NCBI GenBank assembly: GCA_040437565.1
Contig: JBDOQK010000063.1
Location: 62,001 to 126,000, forward strand
Source: Albugo candida
Lineage: Eukaryota
Reading direction: 5' to 3'
DNA length: 64,000 nucleotides
The notes under the pieces are model-generated. The model was not told where the DNA came from and ran no database searches. It saw nothing but the letters and a program-made list of their open reading frames with translations. Within the stretch, counting starts at the first letter, position 1. Each line of letters starts with the position of its first letter. Shown here piece after piece: positions 22,512-35,568 of the stretch. Both the position numbers and the translations under genes were made by a program.

Positions 22512-24590
22512 TTATGAAATTATACAAGCGCAAGCTTTAATGCTTTCAACATTCTCACTCGCTTGTGTCAGTTCATTCAGCTTTCGTGCTTGTTCTTCCT
22601 TCTCCTTCATGACTTTCTCATACTGAGATTTCATTAACGCTAATTCCATATCCACTTCTTTGTGTCGCTTATTCAGAAAATCGACTTGTAAATTGACCGC
22701 TTCTTTCGCAACTTCAGCTTCCTGTCTATTGAACTGATAGGACGCCAATTTTGCCTCTAGCCGTGCAATTTCACGCTTAAGCTCTTCATTTTCTGCCTCC
22801 AGTCGAGCTTTCTCACTCGTAATCTCTGTAGAAATCGATTGAATCTTGTCCATTTCTGCCTCATAAAGCTGTTCTCGGGCTCCTACAGAAGCAAGTTGTT
22901 CCTTTACGTTTGTCACATCTGCTTCCAGCAACCGAATTTTCTTATCAAATATTTCCTCGCGTCTTGTTACCATGACTCGCATCGCCTCAGAATGCTTTAT
23001 CTCCGAAAATGACATCAAACATTCCAATTTCGATGATCCGACTGCCTGAGCCATAAACGTATCTCGAAATCGCGTCCATACTTTATTCAAGCTATGAAAA
23101 TCACTTTGACATTCTTCCGAAATTTTAGTCGTGTCTGAGAACTCAATGAGAAATGGTTGAACGATGTCATTGTACAGCTTCTGTAGTAACGACTGACACA
23201 CTTCCTGGCAGATTTTTTCATTTCGATCGATTAATTTCGTCCGTTCTGATCCAAAGTGCTGCTGCAGTTCTTTCTTCATTTTGTCCGCATACTCTCCCAT
23301 CGATTGTCTTTTAAATAGCTCCAAAGCCTTAATTTCCTTCTCATTGAGCATTTCCTGAAGCGCATTCTGTTCCACAGGTAATGTCACAGTCGATAATTCC
23401 CCTCGATGCATTTCCATAGCATTCTGTCGAGCTTTACGAGACTCTGACTCTGCCACCGATTGCCACGCAGATGAGATCACAGGTATGCTGCCACTATTGA
23501 TGGACCCCACGTACGATTGCACGAGCCCAGCGAACATGGATCCATTCATACTTTTGTCTTGGATTCTTTTGGGCTGAAGTGTTTTCTCATCAAACACAAG
23601 TTTCCGTAGCTTCTCGACTTGAAATTGAAATTCTGGTCTTGTATTTTTTAATGATAGATCGCTTTTCTGAAGCTCTTCTTCGTCAAGCACAGGCCGAAGG
23701 AGTGTCATGCAATCCCGCTCACGAAAAAATTCCTTCATCATCGCTCGAAGTCGATTTCGCTCGATATTAGACGGTATACGCGGCGCTTGTTCCGCTAACG
23801 CTTGCTCTAAATATTCGGAAGGACTGATCGGATCTCCATCTTCATCGACGAGTTCCAATGTGAAATCACGAAGGAGCCATAAAAAAGATGGAAAAATTGA
23901 GTGTAAGTGCATCATATCGTCCGAATCGCTTGTATGAGGCTTATTTGCATCGAGTCGAATATGTTTGGCTAGATTTGCAATAAATGAAAGTCCATGGACA
24001 GCCTTCTCGTCGATGCTTCCTTGGCTGTTATATATGAGTTTCGAAGATAGTAACGCGGTCAAAGAGAAAATTCTTATGTCGTTATCCTGAGAGGCTTTCA
24101 GACCGCCCAGGCCTTCCGTATCGAGGAATAACACAGCCATGGTTTCCTGTTTTGATGTGGTCCACATATACGGACTTTTATAGAGCCAGATTCCGTGCGT
24201 GCATCGCTCAATGGAAGATGCTACAGGGAAGGTCTCCTTCGGGTTCAGCAGCCAATTCAGTAGAGATGATTTCCCTGTTCGATAGAGTCCTGCAATTGCG
24301 ACAATTGCAACTGGATGAGAAATACTAGCGATAAATTCGAGTGCTTCAGAGTCAATTGATAGCTTATTTGTATCTTGGTTGAATGTAATGAATGGTAGAG
24401 GTTTCTCGGGGAACGACGCGAGTTGGCTGTCGTTATCACATGTTTCCGCAGACGGTGATACGTCTGAAGGGGATACAAGAACATCTTCGTACTCGTCCGT
24501 ATCGCCTTCGTTGTCATTGGAATCGTAGGACAGTGTTCGTCGACGGGGGCTTTGCGCATGCCGCTTTTTACGCGGACTTCGGATTCCCAT
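22512..24590 (-). CDS. Guanylate-binding protein (GBP family large GTPase) with C-terminal CaaX
   Basis: VAIAGLYRTGKSSLLN, CTHGIW, LDTEG, FPSFLWLLRDF, a helical/coiled-coil C-terminal half and terminal ACACIIS. The ATG at 24590 is preferred over 24686, which lies only 11 nt from the divergent gene's ATG. Confidence 0.93.
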   Translation of the reverse strand: MGIRSPRKKRHAQSPRRRTLSYDSNDNEGDTDEYEDVLVSPSDVSPSAETCDNDSQLASFPEKPLPFITFNQDTNKLSIDSEALEFIASISHPVAIVAIAGLYRTGKSSLLNWLLNPKETFPVASSIERCTHGIWLYKSPYMWTTSKQETMAVLFLDTEGLGGLKASQDNDIRIFSLTALLSSKLIYNSQGSIDEKAVHGLSFIANLAKHIRLDANKPHTSDSDDMMHLHSIFPSFLWLLRDFTLELVDEDGDPISPSEYLEQALAEQAPRIPSNIERNRLRAMMKEFFRERDCMTLLRPVLDEEELQKSDLSLKNTRPEFQFQVEKLRKLVFDEKTLQPKRIQDKSMNGSMFAGLVQSYVGSINSGSIPVISSAWQSVAESESRKARQNAMEMHRGELSTVTLPVEQNALQEMLNEKEIKALELFKRQSMGEYADKMKKELQQHFGSERTKLIDRNEKICQEVCQSLLQKLYNDIVQPFLIEFSDTTKISEECQSDFHSLNKVWTRFRDTFMAQAVGSSKLECLMSFSEIKHSEAMRVMVTRREEIFDKKIRLLEADVTNVKEQLASVGAREQLYEAEMDKIQSISTEITSEKARLEAENEELKREIARLEAKLASYQFNRQEAEVAKEAVNLQVDFLNKRHKEVDMELALMKSQYEKVMKEKEEQARKLNELTQASENVESIKACACIIS

Positions 24591-24697
24591 TAAAATCGAA
24601 GCGAATGGATTCAAACGTCGCCCGTAGATAAGGTTAACGTTACGCCACTTTATGTACAAGATCGTACCGTACCTCGCGTTATTCATAATCCCTCATC

Positions 24698-26010
24698 ATG
24701 TATGCATTGCGATCATTGGTACAGCATGGAGGCAGCTCTTATAGATCATTATCACCAGTTCTGCATCGATTAAGAATGATTTCGACGTGCGAATCGTATG
24801 CGTACAAACCAAGGAAACAATTTTCGCGCAGAGATGCGTCATTCTCACTTCGTACTATGTCTCAGGACACACATTCGGAATTTGCAAATGTTCACGATGA
24901 TATAAAGGCCACTATCGATGAAGCTGAAGAAAAGGCAAAACAAGAAAACGCTTACAGAAAAATACAGCATATGCCAATCCGCGCCATTCATGTCGCTCGT
25001 AAAATGGATTTGAACGCTTTATTCCAAAAACTGTACACGGACCGGCGACAAGTTTCACATTATTTACATCGCGATTCCATCGTTCTAAAATTATGTGGAT
25101 CTACCTCTCATTCGGTACCCGCCGCATCTAATTCTCAACTTGACCCTGAAATTCCTGGGAGCTTTTCGCATGTCGATTCTTCTTCATCCTTTACCCATTC
25201 CAAAGGTCGACGAGCCCAAGAAAAGTGGATCGTATACTTTGACTATGGCGCCCTGGTCTTCTTCAATTGCGATCCTCCGCTCATCACCACGTTAACGCGC
25301 CACGCGAAGCGATTTTGCACCGATACTTTTGATAATCGCGGACATGACGAAGAATTACTACTGATCAGTAATCCGACGCTCACAAATTGGAGTGAATTGC
25401 TGGAAAACAACATTTTGGTCCAAGAGATCGATCATATCAATATCCATGTGATTGCTGGTGTCTTGGCACAAACGGTGGCTTTGGAGCATTATGAGCGTCA
25501 AATCGAAGCCATCTTGACTGAATTTGAGAATTTGAATGCTGCTGTTGAACGTCGACAGGGACCTCGTCGATCATCTCCCTTCTTTTTCGGTGGCTTGCTT
25601 GGATCCAAACAAACCGAACAGCAACATTATCGGCAGCTGTTTGAGATTGTTGCGACCAATAACACTTTGCTCATTGACTTGGTCAGTAAATTGCGTGTAA
25701 TTGATCGGAAGCGACCTGGAGATGCGGAATGGAGTCATACGCGGTATCATCGAATGTGGGAAACACTTTTGGAAGAATTTGAGCTGAATGAGCGCTTTAA
25801 CAATCTCAATTTCAAGCTGGAGTTGATTCAACATAATACAAAGGTACGCAGCTTGCGGCAAGAATGTGTTTCATTTTTGACCTTATACTGCAGTTTTTTC
25901 TGGAAGTACTGGGGACCCATAAAAGTGAGCGTATGGAGTGGTACATCATCGTCTTGATAGCTGCCGAATTGCTCGTGAGCATATACGGACTTATTCAAGG
26001 GAAACACTGA
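24698..26010 (+). CDS. DUF155 / RMND1-Rmd1-like protein, probably mitochondrial
   Basis: Transit-like N-terminus, FDYGALVFFN, LAQTVALEHYE, EFELNERFNNLNFKLELIQHNTK, intron 25844-25893, FFLEVLGTHKSERMEWYIIVLIAAEL. TGA at 26008-26010. Confidence 0.88.
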
Positions 26011-26017
26011 GGTTGCT

Positions 26018-27320
26018 TTACGACTCTTTCCAGCGGGCGTGTTCGTGAGGTGCTTTCCTTGAAGTGAATGTAGCAGCTGAAGCCTTCCCACCACAAGATA
26101 CATGATTCCAATACGCATTAAAGGAGCAGAAATCTTCAACATTCAGATCGACTCCTTTCGTTCGCAACATGGCAGCTAGTAATTTCCGATATTGCTGCAA
26201 ACTGCCATCCGCTTGGTCTTCCTTTGCTTTCACATGTTGTGATAAATGACTGGCGTCCAAGCACGTCAGATGCAATTGATGATACACAGCGAAGGAGATC
26301 TTGACAAGATGTCGCCAAGCCGATCCAGCAGAGAATGAAGGACTGACGTAATGATAATCGTAACGAAATGCGACCAAATGGACTCGTGTTGGCTGTTGAA
26401 TTGGCAGAAAGCTGAGAACGGATTGTCCATTCGACCGAATTCCCTCTGGAAACACTACAATCGGATATGAGGCTTTTTGCAGGATTTGAGTCAGCGTTTG
26501 CGGTTTTGAGTGGTTGCTTCGGTGAATGGATGGAATGCGTAGTGCTTCATAGATTGCTTGGATGAGATTGCATTCTTTCACAATCGCTTCTTTCTGAGAC
26601 TCCTTTTTCGTCTCATAAAGCGGGAACACGAAATGAGGCGAATAACGTTTCGCCAAATATAAAATCTCAAAGAAANNNNNNNNNNNNNNNNNNNNNNNNN
26701 NNNNNNNNNNNNNNNNNNNNNNNNNNNNNNNNNNNNNNNNNNNNNNNNNNNNNNNNNNNNNNNNNNNNNNNNNNNTAAAATCTCAAAGAAATTGGTGTGG
26801 TTACACAGAATCAGATCTTTGGGTTTTGTTTGAATCAGATTGGATAGTGTCGATGAATTGCCTTTTGTCATTGTTGCGGGTCTAGTGATAAGTAGTAAAC
26901 AATAGTTTTATGATATGGCGAAGAGAAACGCACATGAGTCCGAGTCTGCGGAGATTTGCTGGTTCTTCATTGATCAATACTCCAAAAATGAGTAGAAGCA
27001 ATGAGCATATCAGATAATCAAGGATTCTTTGCAATAATCGGTTTAGCAATGGTATATATTGCTATGGATTATAGATATATAGAGGTTAGCAACATTCAGA
27101 TATGTACATTCATACAACATACCAGAGGGAATGATACAATTGCGTGAATCAATAGTAAAGCGATACAAACAACGATAAAGGGAAGTCGTATAGTACAAAG
27201 CAGTGCGCTGAATGCGCACTGCCCAACTCTGACGATAAAGTTTCGATGATAGCGACGAGGAGCGGGAACGAAAGGATTGATCCCGGTAGCCAAATCGGAC
27301 CATCGACTGAATTTTTCCAT
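26018..27320 (-). CDS. Lysophospholipid acyltransferase, Loa1/Vps66-like, with introns
   Basis: The N-terminus MEKFSRWSDLATGINPFVP resembles yeast Loa1. Acyltransferase motifs LCNHTNFFEILYL and VVFPEGIRSNG are present. The gap at 26676-26775 closes by a roughly 16-nt overlap. Confidence 0.8.
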
Positions 27321-27414
27321 ATGAATTTATTTGTAGCCAATACCAATCAATGTGTACACTATTTTCGACAAATCTAACTGTACGTATTCACCGCATTCCA
27401 GTACACTTCACCGC

Positions 27415-27808
27415 ATGCGCGCGTCAAAAGCTCAACCGCAATGCGACTTAAAAGAACCCGTTGCTCCTTGGCGCAGAGATGATATTCCAGATTACGGACC
27501 ACTCAAAGAACGTCAGCTTGTAACAATATTCACATTTGTTGGCATTGTCGCGACGTTTGTGTACGAATCTACCGAGTAAATATGTATACTGACTATCATT
27601 CTTCCTTACGGTAACATGTGTTCGAAGGTATTTTAATCAAATCGATCGATGGCTTGCTTACACGGCCATTTGGCTTCCGTTATGGCTTCGTTTATTGGGT
27701 CATTTCAAGCCAAAGGAAGCCGACAATTTTGTCATCAAACAGGACACAAAAGCATCCATCCGATCCGAACTACAACAGCTCGCGCAAATCATTGAAGAAG
27801 AAGATTGA
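27415..27808 (+). CDS. Hypothetical small membrane protein, 2 exons
   Basis: ATG 27415 and a proposed GT-AG intron 27561-27627 give ...LVTIFTFVGIVATFVYFNQIDRWLAYTAIWLPLWLRLLG...IIEEED*. It fills the space between two conserved genes. Confidence 0.5.
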
Positions 27809-27853
27809 CTAGATGTAGAATGCTCGTTCACAGATAAACTTTATTTCATACCG

Positions 27854-29875
27854 TTAACTGTTACTATTGCGGAACCAGCTCAAGAAGCCGCTAGAACCGC
27901 CTTTGGATGCATTTTCCGGTCGTCTTTCCTCTGGAAGTTTCGTTCGTTCAACTATGTCGGGGAATGTCAATTCATTGTGCGCGATATCAAACAGTAGCGG
28001 TTTGCATGGGACAGCTTTAAACGCGGGCGGGACGACAATGAGATCGTACATTCGGTCAGGCTTTCCGCCATTGTACTCATGTTGACGATCCAATAAGGCT
28101 GGAAATCGCTTCGATCCTGCATCAGACACGACACTCAGTTTATCCAAACGCTTTTCCATGTTTTCCTGCTCTTTAGAATTTGCCAAAAAGTATTGAGCAA
28201 TTGTACGGCTTTCAGCACCAATGAGCTCTTTTGAAGTTGTCTCTGCAAATTCTCTCAGTGTTTCATCGGTAGCAGCTGCATTTGACCTCATGATGGCTTT
28301 ATATTGCTCCAGCAAATTGGACCCGTACTGGAACAATGTCATGGCTTCAGCAAATTTCTTCGTGCGGAGGTAGAGTTGAGCGTGCTGTGCTGCTCGAATT
28401 GCCCTGAACAAGCACGCGTAGGCTTGATATCGAGCATACAATACTGATTCGGTGTCATTCAAATGAGGAATCTTGAGAATATCGGTCACATTCTGCATTA
28501 ACATGTCCAAAATGTGAATGAGATTAGTCGGCTCTTGAGTCTGCTTCTTATCATTTTTGCAGTTGAGCTGCTTCATCAACGCGATTGAACGATCAATCTG
28601 CTTGGTCCACTTCAGAAATTGGACATATTCTTCGAGCAACTGTAAAACCTCGATGTCTGAATGGATCAAAGCGACACCGCTTTTGGCTTGCTGCTGCATG
28701 GCTGTTATTGCCGTCTTGATGGATCCCATCAGCTCATCAAAACAACTGAATAAGCGTAGATACAAGGCTTCCTCGTTTTTTTCGAAACCTTGCTTGGTGT
28801 CTTGTAATAGAGCACTAACCTCTTGTGTTTGTAAATACGCCAACAAAATTTTTTGTGGTTGCAGAGATATTGATTTCCCTTTCCAGCAAACCGTTTCCAA
28901 TTTCTCTGCTTTTTGTTTTCGGGCTTCCAACAATACCGTTTCGATTTTCGATCGTAATAACGCATTGGAACCACTCTTTTCGTTCGATTCTGCTTGGTCT
29001 CCTTCTTCCGAGAAGCCTATAGCATTGCCTTGCTGTTGAGACAACCGATGATTACAAAATCGTATAAACGGATCCAATTCCTCAGCGGAGGCTTGGAAAA
29101 GCTCTTGTTGAGATACTGAGCCCACTTTAGCCAAATCTGCGTAAATCCTGCGAGCCGTGCGAAGCTGACGAAGAGCTTCTTCATGCTCTTCTTTGTAAAA
29201 TGCATAAATCCCCGTCATATAACCTTTATAAGCTTCAGCCTCCAAACTTGTTCGCCTGTGAAATCACAAATATAAACAAAATGCTGTAAATCCGAAACAG
29301 ACGTACGCATCAGCTTTCACCGCACAGACTGATTCGAGTCGCTGACTCCATTCCGCTGCCTTTCTGAGCCGCCCAGTGAGATGGAATTTGATACGAGAAC
29401 TCGCATCGTCTCCGTATTTTGCTTTTTCCAACGTGTCATCCTTTGCGCATGGATGAGATTGTGAAGCTGATAGCATTATTGATCGTTCAAACCTCTTTCA
29501 ATTGCATTGCATAGCCCCAAGCACGTTCCGTATTGTAAAGCGCAATATAGAGATGTCTAGTATTGTAATATTGGGATATGTCATGAACAGTTTTGTGAGA
29601 CGCGCTTGAAGGAAGCTTTACCTGACATCCGTTGATACTTCCGGTTCAATAGAGCGCTTTAAAAACGTCTTTCCTTTGCCATGTAGGAAATTAGCAGATT
29701 TACGAATTCGACGTAGGCGTCTAGCGCAATATTGTCGGTAGCGCTGATAATCGCGATGACGTAATCCATTTTGCATTTGTGCACTTTTGATCGTTTCTAG
29801 GACTGATTAGGAATGTAAGGAAGATACAGCGTGATTCTGAATGCATTCAAGTATGCTTACTTACTTGGGATACTG
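27854..29875 (-). CDS. SRP68: Signal recognition particle subunit SRP68, multi-exon, start in or next to the gap
   Basis: IKSAQMQNGLRHRDYQRYRQYCARRLRRIRK, ERAWGYAMQLK, RLRKAAEWS, LEAEAY, PFIRFCNH, PCKPLLFDIA and the C-terminal GFLSWF. Confidence 0.95.
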
Positions 29876-30036
29876 NNNNNNNNNNNNNNNNNNNNNNNNN
29901 NNNNNNNNNNNNNNNNNNNNNNNNNNNNNNNNNNNNNNNNNNNNNNNNNNNNNNNNNNNNNNNNNNNNNNNNNNNCAGCTGGATCACCTTATTCTAGGAA
30001 AACACAATAGTTCAGGTCATTGCATCCACCGCCACC

Positions 30037-30908
30037 ATGCAAAATTGTTATTTTCCAAATGTCGCAAAAAGCACCAAACTATCGGCAGACACAATTTGTC
30101 GCGCCGATGGGACTCGAACGAGCATTGATCAAATACGTGCGACGTATATGCAAGTGGGTCTAATCCATAATGCAGCTGGATCAGCTTATGTGGAACTACA
30201 AGGTACAAAAGTGATTTGCGCTGTGTATGGACCCCGCAATGATCCCAGAGGTCGGAGAACATTCCATGAAGATGGACAGCTCATTTGCGATGTCAAATTT
30301 GCTCCGTTCGCTGAGCATAATCACTCGCGAAGTCCTGGACAGGTTCGTTGTGTTCATGCGGTAACATCGCACACCAATCTCATGGATATTGCACATTAAT
30401 CTAGGGTCCTGATGAACTCGACTACTCGCAAATCGTAACTAAAGCATTACTTCCGGCGATATTTCTCGACAAACTTCCAAAATGCGTCGTTTCTTGCTTC
30501 GTGGTGATCCTCCAAAGCGATGGAAGTGATTTAGCTGCTGCCATTATGGCTGCATCCTTAGCGCTGGCCGACGCAGCGATCGAAATGTGCGACGTGGTGA
30601 CCGCTTGCACTGCGGTACGTTCGATGACTCCCACACTAAAGTCTACATAACCAAGTCAAAATGGACAGGGAATCATTGACGACAAAGTTGTGGTAGATCC
30701 ATGCAAATCAGAAGAGCAACGCTCTCAGGGAAATGCAATGCTGGCGATACTTCCATCACTACAGAAAGTGACTTTCGTCATGCAGGAAGGGACCATCACT
30801 CATGAACAACTGGAAGACATTTTGAATGTTTGCAAAGTTGCTTGTTCCAATGCCTTAAAAAAGAGAATGAAGGTCGCACTGACCCAAAATGTAAAAGAAG
30901 AGCGGTAA
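30037..30908 (+). CDS. Exosome RNase PH-like subunit, MTR3/EXOSC6-like, 3 exons
   Basis: RADG...GSAYVELQGTKVICAVYGPR...CDVKFAPFA, intron 30343-30404, ALLPAIFLDKLPK...LQSDGSDLAAAIMAASLALADAAIEM, intron 30615-30668, VVDP. DVKFAPFA favours MTR3 over RRP41. Confidence 0.85.
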
Positions 30909-30929
30909 GGAAATACAAGCAGTGTATTA

Positions 30930-32129
30930 TTATGCACGACTGTTTGCTGTTTTGTTCGATTTCTGCAGCAGTTTCGTCATAAAGAATTCTCCAGCTTTGT
31001 AGCTAGATCGAACCAATGGCCCGCTTGCTACGTATAAAAAACCCATTTTTTCGGCCAGCTTTTGCCATTCTTCAAATTGTTGAGGTGTGATGTACTCTTT
31101 GACCGGCATATGCTTCACGGATGGTCGCAGATACTGTCCAAAAGTGACGACATCAACGCTGTGGGCGCGGAGATCTCCGAGTGTTGCGACCACATCGTCA
31201 GCCTTTTCGCCTAGTCCGAGCATGATAGATGTTTTTGTCACCAGCGTTGGTACACATTGCTTTGCGTACTGCAGAACCGCCAGTGATTGTTGATAATTTG
31301 CGCGGTGATCACGCACACGTCGCTGTAGACGCTCAACTGTTTCAACATTATGCGCAAATACATCCAAGCCAGAGGTAGCCACAATCTCGACCAATTCTTT
31401 TTGACCTTGAAAATCAGGTGTCAGACATTCAATAATAATTCCAGGCTTTCGACGTCGTAAGAGCCGAACGGTTTCGGCAAAATGATTTGCTCCAAAATCT
31501 TCGTAATCGTCACGATCAACACTTGTAAACACGACATAATCAAGACCCCAATCCGAAATAGCTTTCGATACTTTGTTTGGTTCTTCAGGATCTAACGGAG
31601 CTGGTTTACGACTTGTCTTGACAGCACAAAAGCTGCATCCACGCGTACACGTGTCTCCCATCAACATGATAGTTGCAGTAGCGACACCATCTTTCCCTCC
31701 TCCCCAACACTCTCCAATGTTTGGACAGCGTGCTTCCTCACAGACTGTAGCCAGTCCAAGCTCATTCACTGTTTTCTTCAGTCGCTCATAATTCGGACCT
31801 AAAGTCGGCTGAGCCTTAAGCCAACTCGGCTTTCGATTCAAAGCGGTCGGTTTTCGCGACGGTTTGTTGCTTCTCTCTTCGTTTTGAGCAGTGGTTGATA
31901 CTGAAAATGCGTAATCAGTGAATGTCACTCCTTCATGAAATTCTTTTGCAAGTTGTTGGCGTAACGCTTCGAGTCGTTGTCCGCGCTCCGCATGATGTAC
32001 AACCACCTCTTTAGAGGTTGAATAAGTTTTTACGTACAAAGCTGTGTTGCAGAGCTTTCTCCTCGCGTGATGTAGCTGCTGTGAGGCCCTATTACACCTC
32101 CTTAAACGATGACTTGTGTGCTGCAGCAT
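30930..32129 (-). CDS. LIAS: Mitochondrial lipoyl synthase
   Basis: [15 protein letters not shown], radical SAM motif [28 protein letters not shown] and [12 protein letters not shown]. Confidence 0.98.
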   Translation of the reverse strand: MLQHTSHRLRRCNRASQQLHHARRKLCNTALYVKTYSTSKEVVVHHAERGQRLEALRQQLAKEFHEGVTFTDYAFSVSTTAQNEERSNKPSRKPTALNRKPSWLKAQPTLGPNYERLKKTVNELGLATVCEEARCPNIGECWGGGKDGVATATIMLMGDTCTRGCSFCAVKTSRKPAPLDPEEPNKVSKAISDWGLDYVVFTSVDRDDYEDFGANHFAETVRLLRRRKPGIIIECLTPDFQGQKELVEIVATSGLDVFAHNVETVERLQRRVRDHRANYQQSLAVLQYAKQCVPTLVTKTSIMLGLGEKADDVVATLGDLRAHSVDVVTFGQYLRPSVKHMPVKEYITPQQFEEWQKLAEKMGFLYVASGPLVRSSYKAGEFFMTKLLQKSNKTANSRA

Positions 32130-34069
32130 TTATTCTTGCATGGGATGGTCACAATAACAGCCAGGCATTATCATTTAATCACATTGCTAGTCTTATACTA
32201 TCACGTATTCNNNNNNNNNNNNNNNNNNNNNNNNNNNNNNNNNNNNNNNNNNNNNNNNNNNNNNNNNNNNNNNNNNNNNNNNNNNNNNNNNNNNNNNNNN
32301 NNNNNNNNNNCACAATAACAGCCAGGCATTATCATTTAATCACATTGCTAGTCTTATACTATCACGTATTCACTGATCTGTACTATCCGAGGAAATTAAT
32401 TGATGTTTTGAAGCACATCTTCCGCAAACGGTGCTGGTTTTTTATTTTGCAGCTAAATACTTTGAAAGTAAATTATTGTTCTTGTGAGAAAAGGTATTAA
32501 CTCAATATTGAATGCTAAGAGAAATAGCATGTCAATATCCATTGGTATGCCTCGTCCGACAAGTATTGTAAGACCAGATTTATAACGAGGAGGTATGGCA
32601 CTCGTTTAGCGGTGTAGACTACCGGGGTGGAATAAAGCGTTCTTTGCATCAATTCTTTATGTGCTAGAGATTCGATCATAAAAGTGCCCTACGCATTTAT
32701 TGGCTCTTTCGAGGGGCAAGGAGTCTTTGTCTCCGTAGCCAGTCTCATTTCTGCTAATGAGGCTACCACTGGCTCACTAGAATCGGATAGAAGAAAAAAC
32801 GTTGAGCAAGCTGTCTTGGTGTGGCAGGACAAGACACGTTAGGCGTCCATCATTCAGCCATTTAGCATCATCATGTGAGTTGGTCCCTTACGTCAGTCAA
32901 CTTGAGTGCGAATGTGGCCGACTTGATTTTTCATTGACGACATGAAGGCTTTGAGATTATTTTCGTGTTCCTTTTCACGTCAGCCATTACAAAGGCTTGC
33001 AGCAGAATTTTACAACAGCTGACTTGTTGTTACCATTACATTGATGAGACAAGATCGATCTGATACGATATGAGGTTGCACTGCGTACTTTGGTATTGAG
33101 CATTACGAAGACGGAACTACAAAAAATGAGAACACTAAACAGATTCGAAGTTCGGAACGAGCAATTCTTCCGAATTATGTCTAATCTGCTGTCGGTGCGT
33201 CTTCGGCTTCTATGTGATGACATTTAAGTTGTCACGCTTCTGACGATTCTATCAATGAAAGATGGATTCACCACGGCAGCAATTTGAACATAAGAGTAGC
33301 ATTGTATGTTGAGCTGGATGACATTTTGTATTTCGAGAAATCTTTTCTTAAACTTTACCGACTTGACTGCTGAGCGCACTTCCATCACAGTATGTCTCAC
33401 TCATGGATTAGTGAAGTACTTCAACTTGTTATGGCGTGCAGGCAAGACTGAGATTGTAAAGACGACCTGTATGAATGAGACGACTCTGAAGGTCCAGTTA
33501 GCCTGTTTAAGAATTCGAGTGGTACGTTGAGTAGCTTGCACAGCGCCAGCCAGATCATCATGACAAAATAGTATCCTTACATTTGATAGTGGTGATGCAG
33601 ACATCTCATGTGTGCAGAATCGTCAAGCATATCACAGTCTGAATATCCTCCCATATAAAGTGCGTAGATATGATAAATCAGCCTTATTTCATCTTTAAAG
33701 GATTATTTGGCAGTATCTCAAGTAATTTCAAGACATCTCACTTGGAGATAATCATCACGTTGCTTCCTTTGAAGCACCGATCGGAGAATAACTATTTTCG
33801 AAACGACATGTTGTCTGCGGGAAAGTGTGATCAAGTTCATATGGTGCGATCGATGATCGCTTGTAATTTCTTCAGAAGTGCATTGTTAACGGGTATACCC
33901 TGTTGTATACGGATCTGGTAGAGGAGATGTTTTGGAGCACGACGTTCCGGAAATTGAGAAGTGCGTTTAGTGAGCATTAAAATGCTGACTACAGTATATA
34001 TCAGAATCTTCAGCATGGTTTATAGTGCCCGATGTGGTCTACGCCACCAATACTCTCCCTCGACTTGTA

Positions 34070-35568
34070 CAGTAGCCTACAATAAGTATACCTTATTTTT
34101 CACATGACGGTTAAATTATCGCTCCAACCTTGACAAAGAATCAATTTTTTGATGATCAAAGAGCCACAATAATTCTAAAAAAAATGCTCAATGCTGACAA
34201 TGAAGTCTATTGGAAGTCGTGGCTACAGCATTTCTGTTCAAGAATTACAGTGTTCGTCGAAAATGTGCATGCCATTGGGGAGGGTTCGGCAGCGAGTTGC
34301 TCCACCCTTAGAAGCAAGAACAGCAGCAATTCGCCTGGGCATTGACTCTACTAGGCATCAAAGCATCTCAAGAGTTACCTTGCGGTATTCCTCACCAAGT
34401 ATGGTAGCCATTTCTTCGACGTTTTCTGGCGTATCGCGGTTCTGGACGGCATCTTTAAGATTCTTTCACAAGTTTTCGATGGGGTTGAGATCAGGACTTT
34501 GTGCAGGCCATTACAGATTTGCAAGCGACCGCTTTTCACGCCATGTCTTTGCGCACTACTACGGTGGAGTGGCACTCCATCCTCCATAAGAATTAGGTCT
34601 TTCTTGAAGCCAATTTTATGGAAGGTGCTACGGATTGTGCCTGGCGATGCCGGAGCATTCGCATTCTTCGCGATTTCTGCTAGTGGCGTGCGCCGATTTT
34701 GCATCACAGTGCGCCTAATAGAACTGCGGTCACTTTGTGAGAGCTTTCATGGTCCTCCTCTTGACTTGGNNNNNNNNNNNNNNNNNNNNNNNNNNNNNNN
34801 NNNNNNNNNNNNNNNNNNNNNNNNNNNNNNNNNNNNNNNNNNNNNNNNNNNNNNNNNNNNNNNNNNNNNACTCTACTAGGCATCAAAGCATCTCAAGAGT
34901 TACCTTGCGGTATTCCTCACCAAGTATGGTAGCCATTTCTTCGACGTTTTCTGGCGTATCGCGGTTCTGGACGGCATCTTTAAGATTCTTTCACAAGTTT
35001 TCGATGGGGTTGAGATCAGGACTTTGTGCAGGCCATTACAGATTTGCAAGCGACCGCTTTTCACGCCATGTCTTTGCGCACTACTACGGTGGAGTGGCAC
35101 TCCATCCTCCATAAGAATTAGGTCTTTCTTGAAGCCAATTTTATGGAAGGTGCTACGGATTGTGCCTGGCGATGCCGGAGCATTCGCATTCTTCGCGATT
35201 TCTGCTAGTGGCGTGCGCCGATTTTGCATCACAGTGCGCCTAATAGAACTGCGGTCACTTTGTGAGAGCTTTCATGGTCCTCCTCTTGACTTGGGACCCT
35301 CCATGGTACCCCTTATACGAAAGTTCTGTAGCACTGTCGAAATGGTTGACTGGGTGAACCCTGTTTGGGCAGTGATATCCCGCTGTTTCAAGCCTGTGTG
35401 ATGTAATCCGACAAAGAATCTTTCTCCTCAGGCGTAAACAACGTGCCATCATATTTCACAAATGGTTTGATGTCGGAAGCACAAAGTATTATGGCTGGAT
35501 AGTCCTCTTATCTTATTTTTTGTGGTGTGGATTTTAGAAAAATAGCGTATACTTTTTGTAGGCTACTG
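34070..35568 (-). mobile_element. Tc1/mariner element, internally deleted and non-autonomous, with 31-bp TIRs and TA target sites
   Basis: Left TIR cagtagcctacaataagtataccttattttt (34070-34100) matches the reverse complement of 35538-35568 at 28/31. TA at 34068-69 and 35569-70. Minus-strand remnants are HTH-like RDITAQTGFTQSTISTVL, then MEDGVPLHRS, QSPDLNPIENL and LVESMPRRIAAVLASKGGAT. True length is about 974 bp after removing the 525-bp gap artefact. Confidence 0.92.

Noticed and set aside
28557-29039. Long antisense ORFs over SRP68 (similar ones over LIAS, ISCU and GH5)
   Set aside because: These are shadow ORFs on the opposite strand of well-supported genes, with no independent evidence.
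32500-33970. Possible decayed minus-strand gene behind an Inr-FPR-like motif (GCACTTCTCAATTTC near 33950-33965)
   Set aside because: No sustained reading frame or recognisable motif.
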